Positions 48,356-60,979 of a stretch of DNA of 62,104 bases are shown here, piece after piece (position 1 is the first letter of the stretch; each line of letters starts with the position of its first letter). The notes below the pieces were generated by a model that saw nothing but the letters and a program-made list of their open reading frames with translations, was not told where the DNA came from and made no database searches. The stretch is taken from positions 1 to 62,104 of the forward strand of contig NIVC01003198.1 of the NCBI GenBank assembly GCA_002269645.1. The letters run 5' to 3'. Origin of the DNA: Macrostomum lignano (lineage: Eukaryota). The position numbers and the translations under genes are program-made.

Positions 48356-50567
48356 ACAAGTAGTATGAAGACGCACACGTCTTTTTGCCACCAGTGAACG
48401 GGCTTCTTTTTAGACGTGGGTCTTCATACTACTTGATAAACCTAGTTTTGTACCGATGAAAAAGAACTTTGAGAAGCTCAATAAAAATGTAAATCTCTAC
48501 TTCTCCCATTTTCTCTCTTTGTCTGTTCTGTTTCTCTCCACTCTAATCTCTCTCTAGTCTCCCCTCTCCTCTCCTCGCTTCTAGCTCTCGTTTTATCTCT
48601 TATCTTCTCTTTAGTCTTATCTCTTCTCTATTCTCTTTCTCTCTCATCTGACCCGCAGCCATGAGCTGGAATCGAGTCTTCCATAATAGGCTTTAGAAGG
48701 CCTCGATATAAAAAAATTTCTAATGACTCCAGAGCGTAGCAGGGTTATATTTTGCAAAGAAAGCTATAAATAAAGTCTTTCCAAAACACTGTACATACCT
48801 ACTTCAGAAGCCGTATCGCCTGACTTTTTAGTCGGGGGGAGGATTGTACACGTAGTGACTTGGATCTTGCGCCCGACAAACTTTGTACTGGGCTTGCAAT
48901 TCAAATGTGCCTGTTAAAGAGCTAAATTTAATACGAAATTCTAATCACGTGACGCCCGTTTATCGATCTAATTTCCCTTGGTCTGTGTGCGAGTCAAATG
49001 AAGCTCTATTACACGCCCTCCAAACCAAGCCGCCAAGCCCTCTCGCGTTGCCACAACCCCACTTGGAAGGGACGGGTGTGTACATTGTATGTACGATTAT
49101 TCCTTCCTTTCCTTTCCTTTCTAACCAGCTTAACTCAGCCCAACGCCAAAGCCATGCAAGCAATCGCATGCAAATGCAAATTATGCAAAGCGGTATGCGG
49201 CTTAATCTGATGAATTTTGGTGCAAAAAATGCATTTTTACCTCAAAAGAACATCGAATGGTTATGAAACTCAAGAAATCTGTTAAATTAGCTGTATGGAA
49301 TACTGTGCATTGGTTTCAGTGCAAAATTCTTACCATTTCCAGTTTAAATAGCCCCGAAACTAACATAAAAGTAAAAAGTCAAGTTTTCAGTTTTTTATCG
49401 ATAATTTTTTACCCAATGAACCGAATCTCTAGAAATTGCACACAAATATGCCTCATTATGTGGGAAATCAGATTTCATAAAAATCTTGTCGTCCTATTGC
49501 GTTATTTTGCCTGATTTCAAGCAAAATATAAAAAAATCACTACTCTGATCGATTTCCAATCACTTTTGACACATGAGCACTTGTTGCAGACACTCAAAAA
49601 CTTGGTAAATTTTAGCCAGACATTAGTACAACTAATTGCAGTGTCCGCATTTGATTTACCATTCTTTTAAAAATTTAATCACCCTTTTTTCTGGCACCCA
49701 ATCAGCCAAAAATCACAAATTATCGATTTCTGATCGATTTTTCAACCCGAAAGCAGCGAAATCAGACGGCGGCAATTTAAACCAATATAGTACAGCAACT
49801 ATGCTATAGAAATTCGAAGTCGGATTATTCGCACCATGTTCTCAAAATTATAATGAGCAATAATGCGAAAGTCATGTAATTTTTTGAAAAATCGATTTTT
49901 GTCAATTTTCTCAGCACTGCAGAAGCGTAGGAAAACAAAGCTTTAGACACTTGTAGATATTTGCATTGCGCATCCAACTGCACTGCTTTGAAGCCGAAAC
50001 TCAAAAAGCTTCGTAGGAAAAAGTGGGGAAATAATAAAATGAGGGTCATTTTTTTACCCAAAAAACCCACCAAAACTACATAAAGATACCAAAATAAATC
50101 AAAGCGCCATATACCATTTTGTAGGAAATTTAGTTTTACAACTTTGATCCTCAGATGTCGAAGCTGTATCTCGTAAGGTGTACCAGAATTTTGAGATCTC
50201 CTAGAAGCACTTTTGAAAAAATCGTCTTTCCAGTTAATTTACGGCTCATTTAAAAAATCTCTGCATTTAAAAGTACATTCATTCGATAGATCTAAAAGTT
50301 TTCTATCGATCGACACCTCACTCAACTCAATCGGTGCAGTGGTTGCAAAACAGGAGCATTTTTTAGCAAAAAAACGTGAAACTTCAAAATGCATAAGAGT
50401 CTAACTTATTTACTCGTAAATACTTTCTAGCCCATGTCGGCCTTCGGCCGCCATGGGTAGAAATTATTCACTCGCCCTCGGCCCCTGGCGGGGCCTCGGG
50501 TTCTCTCGCTCTCGCCCGACGCCGCCTTCGGCGGCGCCGGGCTCGGCTCGTTCACTGGTGGAACTAG
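48356..50567. mobile_element. Composite X-Y repeat, copy b, in duplication copy 2
   Basis: Nearly identical to 3188-5398. Confidence 0.6.
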
Positions 50568-50934
50568 GATTTATAACAAATAATACCGTATAAAACAAAG
50601 GATTTCTGATTGCTTGCTAAATTAGATTCGAATGTAGCTACTTATAGTAATACAATGGGGATTGGCCAGACCTTACATCAATAGCAAAAGCAGACGTGTG
50701 AAATATTTTGCTAAGCTTTGACGTTAGCATAAACTTAAATTCACTTAGAAGCTCGGCTGAAAATAGAAAATACGGACTCTATTCCACTTTTTCTATTTTA
50801 AAATTTTAAAGAACCGAAAGTAGTGATGTAAAAAAATTGCTGACATTTGCAAACATTTAATTTTCCGACAGATCTATAAAACTCGGTTTACAACAAATAT
50901 ACGCTTGTATCATAAAACTAAATTCGATTTGCAG

Positions 50935-51571
50935 TACCCAGAGGTAATCATTCCAACGAAGCCAGACGCCATCGGCGAAAACTTCGAGTGGAGCCTGGTC
51001 TGCTACTCGTGTGCTCAGCCGAACGACGTATTGCGCAGCAGATGGCACCGCTTGCAGAATGAATGTGCCAACTGTGACAAGTGCATTCTGCTGGTCAGAG
51101 AGAAGGCCAGTGTGGCACCAAGTGACGTTTGGCAGCGTGTCCGACCCAGACCAAGGAAACTCGTCAAGCTGGACATGTGCAGGAGATACAGCGATATAGA
51201 ATCCTGCAACGGTTGCAATCGTTCTGAATGCGACTTTGCCCATGGAGACGCGGAGCTGCGGCAGTGGGAGCTGGAGAGAATCGGCAAATTCTCCTTCAAC
51301 AAGCTGCTGGAGTCCAATCGATCAGCTGGGTCAGAACTGCCGCTGATTCTCTGCGAGCGACCTGCGGTCGAAGGAGGCTCGGAGACCCGAATTTTCTACA
51401 CGGGTCCGGAGTCGCTTCCCGCCAGACTCCCTGCTGGGAAAGCACAAAATTCCTGCTATTCGCTCTGCAACTCTCTACTTGAAGGAACTGAGTGCCAGCA
51501 TCAAGGCATATGCTTCAGTGCTCACTGTGCTGAGGAGGAGCAGCTGTGGAACATCATGCAACAGAAAAGAG
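50935..51571 (+). CDS. Gene A exon 2 (CxxC plus 2 CCCH)
   Basis: Open frame YPEVIIPTKP...EQLWNIMQQKR. Phase 0 matches the exon 1 donor. Confidence 0.88.
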
Positions 51572-51662
51572 GTTAAATCGAGATGCTTACAGAATTCTAA
51601 TCTTTACGTTATAGCTCGTAATATTGAATAACGCTCGTGTTACAATTCATTAACTGTTTTAG

Positions 51663-52295
51663 ATAATTGGCCCGAACATCTGGTTTTAAGAATCGACAAA
51701 ATCGAGCCCGAACTCATTGGCTGGAGCCTCGAATCGAGCTGCGACTACATGTACAAGCTGACCTGCTACAGGTGCTCCGAATCACTGGATCCTCTGAGAA
51801 GCAGATTCAAGCTGAAGGAAACACAGAACTGTGAGCGGTGCGACCAGAGCATCCTGCTGGTCAGATCGAAGAACAATCAAATCAACAAGTGGCAACGCAT
51901 CCGAGACAGACAAGGACATCTGGTCATATGTGATCTCTACCAATCAAACAAATGCAGGCGCTCCGAATGTGACTTCGCTCATGGCGATGTGGAACTGAAG
52001 CTGTGGAAGCTGGAGAGAATCGGCAAGTTGTCCTTCGACAAACTACTGAAGTCCAAACTGCCGCCGATTCTCTGCGAGCGGCCTGCGGTCAAAGGAGGCT
52101 CGGAGCCCCAGATTGTCTACACGGGTCCGGAGCCGCTTCGCGCCAGACTCCCTGTGAAACGTAAAGATTTCCACACTCTCTGCAACTCGCTGTTTCAAAG
52201 AAAAGAGTGCCTACATTACAAGTATAATCGCGGCACTGCTTCTATGCTCACTGTGCTGAGGAAGAGCAGCTGTGGAACATATTGCGAAAGAAAAG
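51663..52295 (+). CDS. Gene A exon 3 (CxxC plus 2 CCCH)
   Basis: Same as 6493-7128 except a -1 and a -2 deletion near the 3' end, within a cluster of 1-bp losses that look like read errors. Confidence 0.8.
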
Positions 52296-52378
52296 GTAAA
52301 TAATCATATTATATGCTATTAGAGTACGTTTTTAACCTTCGCTATTCTCTCTTCGTAAATTAGAACCATGGTTTGGAC

Positions 52379-52731
52379 CATATAGATCTTATATTCCCTA
52401 GATAGGCCACTTTGTATGGCGTAAATAGAGAAAGCGCGACCGCTGTTTTTCGTCACTTGTGCTTTTGTGCTTGTGTTTTTCGTTAAATTTTGAGTTCAGT
52501 AGCTTAGAGACATAGACGCTTTTTTGAGAATTTAATAGAACTTCTCATGAATTGAATAAAAAGCTACTCAATCAAACTATGAATGGTGCATGCACTGCAG
52601 AGACTACGGACGAAATTGAGTTCAGTAGTTGATTTTCGCGCTGTCGCGAGTTGCAAATGTTTTTACATTAGCTTCTATGGCCACATGAGTGGTTAATGAG
52701 TGGCCCATCCTGCGTATATATATGATCTTTG
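52379..52731. mobile_element. hAT-like MITE in intron 3 (copy 2)
   Basis: TSD GTTTGGAC at 52371-52378 and 52732-52739. Confidence 0.85.
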
Positions 52732-53245
52732 GTTTGGACTCATGTTTGATTTGGGTGCGCATTTTAGCAATGTGCATTGTAACACGATATAAATGTGTAA
52801 AAGCGTGCATTAAACGCTAGAAGCGGGCTTAAATGGCTCGTGATCGCGTATTGGCTGGAGTCATTTAATGCACGAGAAATATATATCGTGTTACAATACT
52901 ACTCAATACTTGGTTTTTCTGGCTTAAATGGCTAGGTCACGATTGCGCACTGTGCTCAAAACCAAGTATTGAATCCTATATTCGGCTGTAAATGTTTTGA
53001 TAAGCGGAATTTTCATCTATGGATCATCCTGTCAAATATTGTCTCATTTTGAATTGCAGAATTGTATGCGAAAATTCTATCTTTAGCTATCAGAGATTTA
53101 CTGTGTGCCAACTAAATCATGTTACCCTTCCCATATAATCTGTTTATATATGACGCTGTTTTCTTGGCCTCTACCTACATGTACAAAATGCAATACAGAG
53201 TTACCTCCTCTTACGCTCGTATCTAACACGCTCAATTACATTTAG

Positions 53246-53598
53246 AGAAGTGGCCTCAGGAGCTGCGAGCACTGATCGACCGAATCCAGCCTCAGCCACA
53301 ACCGAGGCAGCAGCAGCAGCAGCAGCAGCAAGAAAGTTTCGGAACTGAACAACATTCCTTCGGAGAATGCGGCGCCCACAGGGCCAGCAACAGCAGATCA
53401 GAGCGGGGCTGCGCTGTAGGTCAAGATGCTCCTTGCTCAACGCAACAGCAATTAGGAACTTGGCGGCCGGCAACATCAAATCGGAGCGGGACTGCACTAT
53501 CTGCCGTAGGTCAGGCTGCTCCTTACCCACCACAACATCAAGGAAGTCGGCAGCCAGCGACATCAGGTCAGCAGAAGGACAAAATTCGCGACAAATAA
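53246..53598 (+). CDS. Gene A exon 4: Q-rich tail
   Basis: Copy of 8098-8450, TAA at 53596-53598. Confidence 0.6.
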
Positions 53599-54002
53599 AT
53601 CAAAGGGTCAGCAGAGCTCCAAGAGCATCAGATTTGAGGATCTCCTTGAAGAGGAAGAATAACCTTTAAAAGACTGTCCTTGCTGAATTTTTCCTATCTA
53701 CTATACCTTGTACTTACACTTAAGTTATTCGTCTAACTCTCTGGAACAGCTTCCCGAAATTGAAACAAATTTTAGCGCACAAGGGCCGCTAAAAAGGAAT
53801 CCGCGCAGTTTTGTCTTAATAAAATCAAATGAAACTCTGATTGATGAAATCAACCAATACCTAACTAAAATGAGCTCGTGACTTGATCAGATCCCTCACT
53901 CCCTTTATACTTGTATTCTATCAATCTGGTGGTTCTATATTCGTGCGATGGATCAAATTTGGTCTACAAAGTGAACAAAAATCTAAGAAAAGCAAAATTC
54001 AA

Positions 54003-54170
54003 TTGGGCCCGGCCATAGACTACAGAAACGTATTTATTCCCCACTTGGGCCCGGCCATAGACTACAGAAACGTATTTATTCCCCACTTGGGCCCGGTCAT
54101 AGACTACAGAAACGTATTTATTCCCCACTTGGGCCCGGTCATAGACTACAGAAACGTATTTATTCCTCAC
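54003..54170. repeat. 42-bp minisatellite, 4 copies
   Basis: Copy of 8855-9022. Confidence 0.95.
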
Positions 54171-56769
54171 TGGCGCAATAAAGCTTCAAAAATTTATAAA
54201 GTTTTATTTCTTTTATCAGCCTTTTTATCGGCTTGTCTATATTTACTAATCTATATTCGTGATCTGCAATATTACTTAATTACCTTCAGTCCACCACTAT
54301 TATAATAAGTAAATAAGCGCCGTGCAGTCGGTACTTTAATTTTACATTTTTCCATTTTTAAAATTGTATTGAAGCACGAAACAGTTAAAATCGATTTTTA
54401 TTTCTCGAGTCTCCGGTTTACAGTCTTTGCCTTTTTCGGTACTTTTGCTAGTCAAGCCAGTTTATGGCAGGTTTTTAAACCGTTGAAACTTTTTCCAGTC
54501 TCTGGTTTACAGTTTGTGGTTTTCTCGCGGTAGGTTTGTAGTCAAACCATCTTTGCAATTACAGTTTATTAACCATAACTCATAATTGCAATATCCTTTA
54601 ACTCCCTCCAAGCTTTTGCCGTTATCTATGCACTAATAGGTGGCAGAGTTATTAAGTGTTGCTTAACTGATTATGGCTGTGGATAATTTATGCTACTAAT
54701 TTTTTTATCATCATAACTTTTCCATATCTTCTCAGCTATTCGCAAAATATTTATATGCATATTAACATAACCAATACATCGATATATGAGGTTAACGCTA
54801 TCCCCATCTGGATATGTCTACCGGCCTGTGTGGCTACGCTTATTGCGCGTCTGAAAAGAAGCTTCAACAGAGTCTAATATTGATGTCTTGAATTTTACTT
54901 TTTAAGCAACAGTATTACTGTTGGTAGTACTACAGTAGCAGTAGTACTTCGCCCCTTCAACTGCACACACTTGTGCTTGCTGACCAACGTCAGCAAATGC
55001 ATTCCGTTGGAATGAGGTTCTTCCCAGCTGCTTCACAAGGATGTAGTGAATGCATGTTCGTCCGTGGAATGTCCAAGATGTCTTCGAGCTATCGTAGATT
55101 CACTCTTAGATCTGCACCCACCCAGCAGTGTCTGTTGAGCACGATGACGCACGCGCTTTTTTTCTATTGCTGAAGTTCTATCATAGCTCGTATTATATAA
55201 ATATCGGCTTGCGAGCTTCACCTCTAGAGTTTTCTAGTGCTCAACAAACTGTGACATGTATATAGTAGTCTCAGAAGGAATATAATTGAATTACTACACA
55301 TTTCATAGTATCTTGAAACTGTTGCTCAACTTGATCCAGCTCGTCTAGAAAATTCTGTCGACCTGTGGCTTCTTACCGAAAGAGTGCGTCATAGAATGCA
55401 TTGAGCAGCTTCATTTTATGCGCTAGTCGTGTTCTGTAGTGGCTGCACCGCATGCTTTGAGCCGCTGCTCCGCCTAATGATTGATGGTCACGACTTCGTA
55501 TTGAAAAAAACGTTCGAGACGTCCTCACCAAGATGAAGGTCTCAAGGTCACCACATCAGGCCCTTGTCGAAAGCCATGGCAACATGCAATGCCTTCGCAT
55601 ACGTAGGGATCCCTCAGTGAAGTTACGGATGCACGGACTTCTCTACTAAGTCAGTGCACTGTATGTCACCCACATATAGTGGGGTGTGGCTACGCGTTGG
55701 AATGGTGCACTTTGATGTATTGACGACTGTGACGATATGGGGGAGTGGGGAGTAAGCGCGTGCTCTCAGCAATAAGCTCAAAGGGGAGTTATATAGTAAT
55801 GAATTTATCACAGTTTAAACTCGTTTCACCTTTTATTGCCTCAGCTCGGATAATCATGCAGGTGCAGCGGTGGCAATTTGAGATGGTGTTGAGCCTATCG
55901 TAGGGTAGATGGGTACGGGTGGCTCGGCAGATGCTACTGTTCTGTTGCACAGAGGAAAGAGAAATCAGAGAACAAGCCTATAGGGCTGTTTACGCAGGTT
56001 TGTGCCAGACGTGCACTGTAAGAACAAAGAGCTGGAATATTGTTACTCCGCTCGCTGGGCGGAGGGGTTTTATTTTAGCATTAAAAACTGGACCGCAACA
56101 CTGTGTTCCCCATAGTTCGCATATTTGTGCTTCTATTTATTTTGGCCTCAACCGACCGCCGAGTAAGTTTATGGTGGCCCTGAAAAGGGCCGTTTGAATT
56201 TCCAGTCACCTCTTAATACACAACAGCTAGTCTGCAGCTGGTGCAGTCGGTGCAGCCGGTCCCGCATTATCTTCAGCTCAAAACGCCGCAGGACCATGCA
56301 GACGAAACACGCGGAAGTGATGCTGAATCGGATGATATCCGTGTAGATCCACTGGACCGTCTGTGGAGTCGAGAGCTCCCATGCAGGTAGGCGCAATGTC
56401 TCTCATTTGTGCAGAGCATCGCTTAGCGCACCCGATGACATTGACAACATATGCTTGGTCCAGCGTAGATCATGCGCGAGCGTTACGACTCGTACAGTTC
56501 AAGGACTGCTGAAAAAATCTATATACCTACTTACCTACTTCAAGTAATCTACTTAACTAGTCCTTAATTAAAGCGTTTCACCTAGGCATTTTGTTTCTTG
56601 TGGGATGTCCTTTCTATAGATGGTGTCTCGCATGCTCCACCACTTCCGCTTTCTGGTGAAAAAAATGGCCACCATCGTCTTGGCGGTTGCTAATTTATAG
56701 TTAGGCAATGTTGGGTAGCCCATTGCTCCTTATGGGCGAACTGCTGCATCAGGTTCCGGAGAAAGCTGG

Positions 56770-57270
56770 TGTCAGGGCCACTGAAAAAAGCTACGACATC
56801 CGCGTAACCGCACGGCTCTGATGATGCTGCTGGGGGCGTCAATTGTCAGGAGTTCGTCGTCGATCACAAGATTCCAGATCAGTTAGGTGAGCACCCGCCT
56901 TTGGTTCCGCCCTTCATCACCGTGTGGTTTCAGCATCCACATTGAGCTGTCACCGTTCTGTTTCGGATCATAAAGTGATGATCCATCGCACAACACTTGG
57001 TCTGACCTTTTTCTCTTTCCTTTCCCTTTCTCTTTCCTCTTTCCTCTTTCTCTTTCTCTTTTCCCTGTTTCTCTTTCCCTTGAAAGGGAATCTCTGAAAG
57101 AGACAAATTTTGACACTATCAAAAGGCCCCTTCGATGTCACAGAAAAACCCACAGGCGACCTGTTTGTTAAGGATGGCTTTCTCAATGACTGAGGTTATA
57201 ACATGCAGCGCGTGCTCGGTGGTTTTACCTGGTTGAAAGGCAAACTGGTGCCTAATTATGTTGTGACTCG
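56770..57270 (-). pseudogene. Non-LTR RT fragment (R1/LOA-like), copy 2
   Basis: HQFAFQPGKTTEHALH...CDIEGAF. Confidence 0.7.
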
Positions 57271-58029
57271 ACCTAATCGAAACTATAACTACATGTAGTT
57301 GGACTCTCCAGCGAGTGGGCAACGAGATCGCCTCAGCCTGCTGCCGGACCTGGGCTGACTTCGGTAACTGAGCATATGAGCGTAACGTCGCGTCTAGAGA
57401 CTTGAGCAGTTCGTCCCTAATCCCCCCAGATTCATGCAGTGTCCACTGTGAAAGCGTCTCCCACCGAAGAAACAAATAATACTGACTAATTGTTGTCCTT
57501 TGGCTATAGTTGGCTGTGTCGTTGAAACCAAACTCAGAACCGCGCTCTTTCTCACTCACCGCCAACTCATTTATAACAATATTTCATTCACACGCACCCC
57601 AAAAAATCTCTAGGGTCAGAGATTGGGGCTAAAAAATCCTTCTAGCTGACTGCCGATTGGCCGATAAAAACGCACGCACATATCAAATTTGGGAACAGAG
57701 GCTACAAGTATTTGGGGGTCGGGTCGCGTGGGCGATCAGTCCAGCCAACAGAGCTGGGTATGCTGGGTATGCGGCGACTCCAGCTGGCAGGCCGCATCAT
57801 CCGCACCGAGTCGTAGTGCCCACAGCCGGTGCGAGAGGTGCTGCTGCTAACTCTGCAGGCACCCTAACGGCGGGGGCAGGCGCGCACTTGGCGTTTCGTC
57901 GACTGCCTGCTGGCTGACGCCGGCGCCGTGGATTCGGCCGGCGGCGTGGCGCTCATTCGCAACCTGGCCTTGAAGCGCACGCTGTGATGCTAACTGCGTA
58001 TTCGGTTGTTGTTGTTGTTGTTGTTGTTG

Positions 58030-59235
58030 GAGCAGACGGTCCCGCTGATGGGGCAAGCGAAGAAATCGCTGCCTGTCTGGCAGAGCGACCCGACCATCAG
58101 GCAGTCGCGGCTCAACATCGAGCGACTCCGCAGAAACCGGCGGCTCGGGGGCGACGCTGAAGACGCGTTTGAGCGAGCAAGCCGCTATCGACAACGCCGT
58201 CAGGTCCATCACTGCAGCCGGCCCTGACGTAAAGAGCCGCACAGTGTGGACGGCCGTCCGGACTCTGACGGGGAGCAAAAAGCGCGTGGCGCTGAATCTG
58301 GCCGGCGACACCCCGGAGGAGCGCAGGAATGAATTGCGAACTTCTTTGCCGGCATCGTGAACGCACCCGCCTGGACCGTCGCGCACATCGTGCCGATGAC
58401 AAGAAGGCAAGAAAAACGCGGAAAGAAGACCACCGCAGGATCTCGCTGATGTCAGGCACCGCGAAGCTCTTCAACCGGCTGCTGCTCGATCGTCTGCAGT
58501 CAGTGCTGGACCCGTACCTGCGGTACGAGCTGAACGGATTCCGGACCCAACGCGGTATAGTGACAGTGGTACAGGGCACTCGGCCGTGTCATCAAGGATC
58601 CACGCCAGAACGACAGGTTCGTTGAGGTGGCATCGAGCGTCGGTCTCGTTATCAACACGCTGAAAACCGAGGTGCTGACTGTGCTGGCCGACATCCCAGC
58701 AGACCTGACATGCCGCGGCGCAGACGGGCAGACGACCAAGCTCGCACGCTGCCAGCGTTTCACCTACCTCGGCGGTCTGGTGCCTCACGTGGAGGAAGCC
58801 CTCCGGCTTGACTGTTGCAGGCAGTGTTCGAAACCGTCTGCTCTACAACGCCGAGACGTGAACGCTGACGGCTACGCTGGAGCGGCAGACTCAGCGCACT
58901 CAGGGCTGCTCCGCGCGGTCTTTCGAGCTGACGAGAGCGTCGGGACCGAGGCCCTGAGCGATCGGGCCAAGCTGCAGCGCCCGTACATCATCCTGCGCTG
59001 GCGGCGACTTTATCTGGTGGGCCACGTGATCCGGGCTGAGGGCTACTGCCCCCTATCTGTTCAGGACGTCTTGCTGCTCACCATGCAGGGCCCGCTCAGG
59101 CGGGTCAGGCCCAAACCCGTCGATACGTGGACTGCCTCCTACGCGACGCCGGGGTGCCCGACACTGCCAACGGGGTGGACTTCGTCCACTCTCAGGCTCT
59201 GCGGCGCGCCATCTGACGCACCCTGCTCTGTGACT
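58030..59235 (+). pseudogene. RTE-like LINE RT remnant, copy 2
   Basis: Copy of 12890-14090. Confidence 0.8.
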
Positions 59236-59260
59236 TTGATTGCGGGACCGCGTGTTTTGT

Positions 59261-59294
<34 letters not shown>

Positions 59295-59961
59295 ATTGTT
59301 GTTAAAGTTTTGGAGGGTTTATAGGTGTCGGCAGCAGCTGCACCAAGGTGCTGCGTGGGGCATTACGTACTCGAAAGGGTGCCGCGGTCTCTCGGTCGGT
59401 GGCCGGAATGATTTGCTCAGGGTACTCGCCAATAGGAAAGCTTGATGAGAAGAGCAGCTTGAGAGTCCTAAGTGGTTGTGGCATAGTTTCCATCTATGCA
59501 CATGTAGGAGAGAGTTGCACTGGACGAGGATAACAGCTGGTTGTAGCATAAAATTATGCCAGTCATTATCAGCTAAGCAATCCACTCATATAACCTGCCC
59601 CATTAATTATTGCATATATAGGGGCTAAAGCTAGAGGATAGTTCAAAGGATATTGCATAGTAATGGGTTAATCAACTAGTAATAACTGCTATAAACTGCA
59701 GCTTGACTTTTGGACCTCCCGAAAAAAACAGTTCTTGAATATTGATAAAAACGCAAACTGTAAACCAGCAACTAACGAAACGAAATTGAAAAAAGGATAA
59801 AAATTCTTGGGCTGGCGACAGCTGAAGTCAGTCTGTGCGCTTCATCACTTATCGATTTTTCTTGTTTCACTGCCCTGCTAGAGGGGCTGGTGGACTGGCG
59901 GACCAACTGGATCAAAGGTCGCAGCTCATGACAACTACTCAGGATCAAGTGAGAATGCCAA

Positions 59962-60979
59962 TGTAGTGAGTCGCTAGTTTAGTTAGGCGCCGCACTAGTC
60001 AGCTGTTGCCCTCGCCCTCGCCCCAGGCTTCTGTCTGCCGCTGGCAGTTGCCTGTCCCTCCCGTCTGTCCTCTGGCCTGTCCTCTGCCCGTTTGCCTGTC
60101 TGTCTGTTTGTCCTCGTCTGCCCCTTTTGTTTCGTTTTCCCTTTTTGCAGTGCCCAGACAGCTTGGTCTGGCCTGTCTCTGTTTCGTTCTCTGTTTGGCA
60201 TCTCCAAATTTGGAGTGCCGTTCTGTTTTCCGGTCTCACGGGCACGAGTGCCTTCACTTGTGGGCCTTTTCCCCTTGTCATGTGAGCCAGTCACATGACA
60301 AGGCCTTCTTCCTTCTTTAGTCGAAAGTGCAATGATTTCATCATTGTACGCCGGGCTCGTGTTTATGGGGAGATCACGTGCGCCCGGACCCCTGCCTCCT
60401 CTGAGGCAGAACCCGCTTGTTTGTTGCTAAAAAAAGTAACAGAGTCACTCTTGACTCTCAGCGGGGATCTTTCGTGGTATGGTGCAATCGATCCTCCCTA
60501 TAAAGGCAGCCCCTCCTCTTGGCTTGGCTCAGTCAACGGCTTTCTCTCCTGTTTTCGAGCCCGAGATTTTCTCAGTTCAAGCCTCTAAGTTTGTGTGCCA
60601 AGTTTGCGCTTAAGTTGAACTCCAAGACTCCCGACTTTGCGTGTGCCTGCTTCCGTTGCTCCTGCTATCAATTAGCAGGCCAGCTCAGATCGCCCGAAGC
60701 TAGCACTTTCGCTCTCACCCGCACCAGCCCGGCAGGGACTGCTGACGCCTGACGGTGGGCACCTCTGCGCCAGAACTGCTAAATCTGCACGAAGTGCGAG
60801 TCTCTTTCTCTCGTCTTAGTTATTTGCTTCTCCAAGCTCAGCACCTCACCGAAGGCTGCGACTCTGCGAAGCTGGTGGCAGCACTACCAACGCTACTAGA
60901 TCAACCGGAGACTTCCAGAAGAGCTCAAGGTAGGCAGCTCACGTGACTGATTGGGAAGCAAAGAGTAACAAATACTTCA
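59962..60979. mobile_element. Solo LTR (1018 bp), copy-2 specific
   Basis: TGTAGT...ACTTCA termini with 4-bp TSD CCAA (59958-59961 and 60980-60983). Empty site gaatgccaacaagatac at about 15481-15497. Confidence 0.9.
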
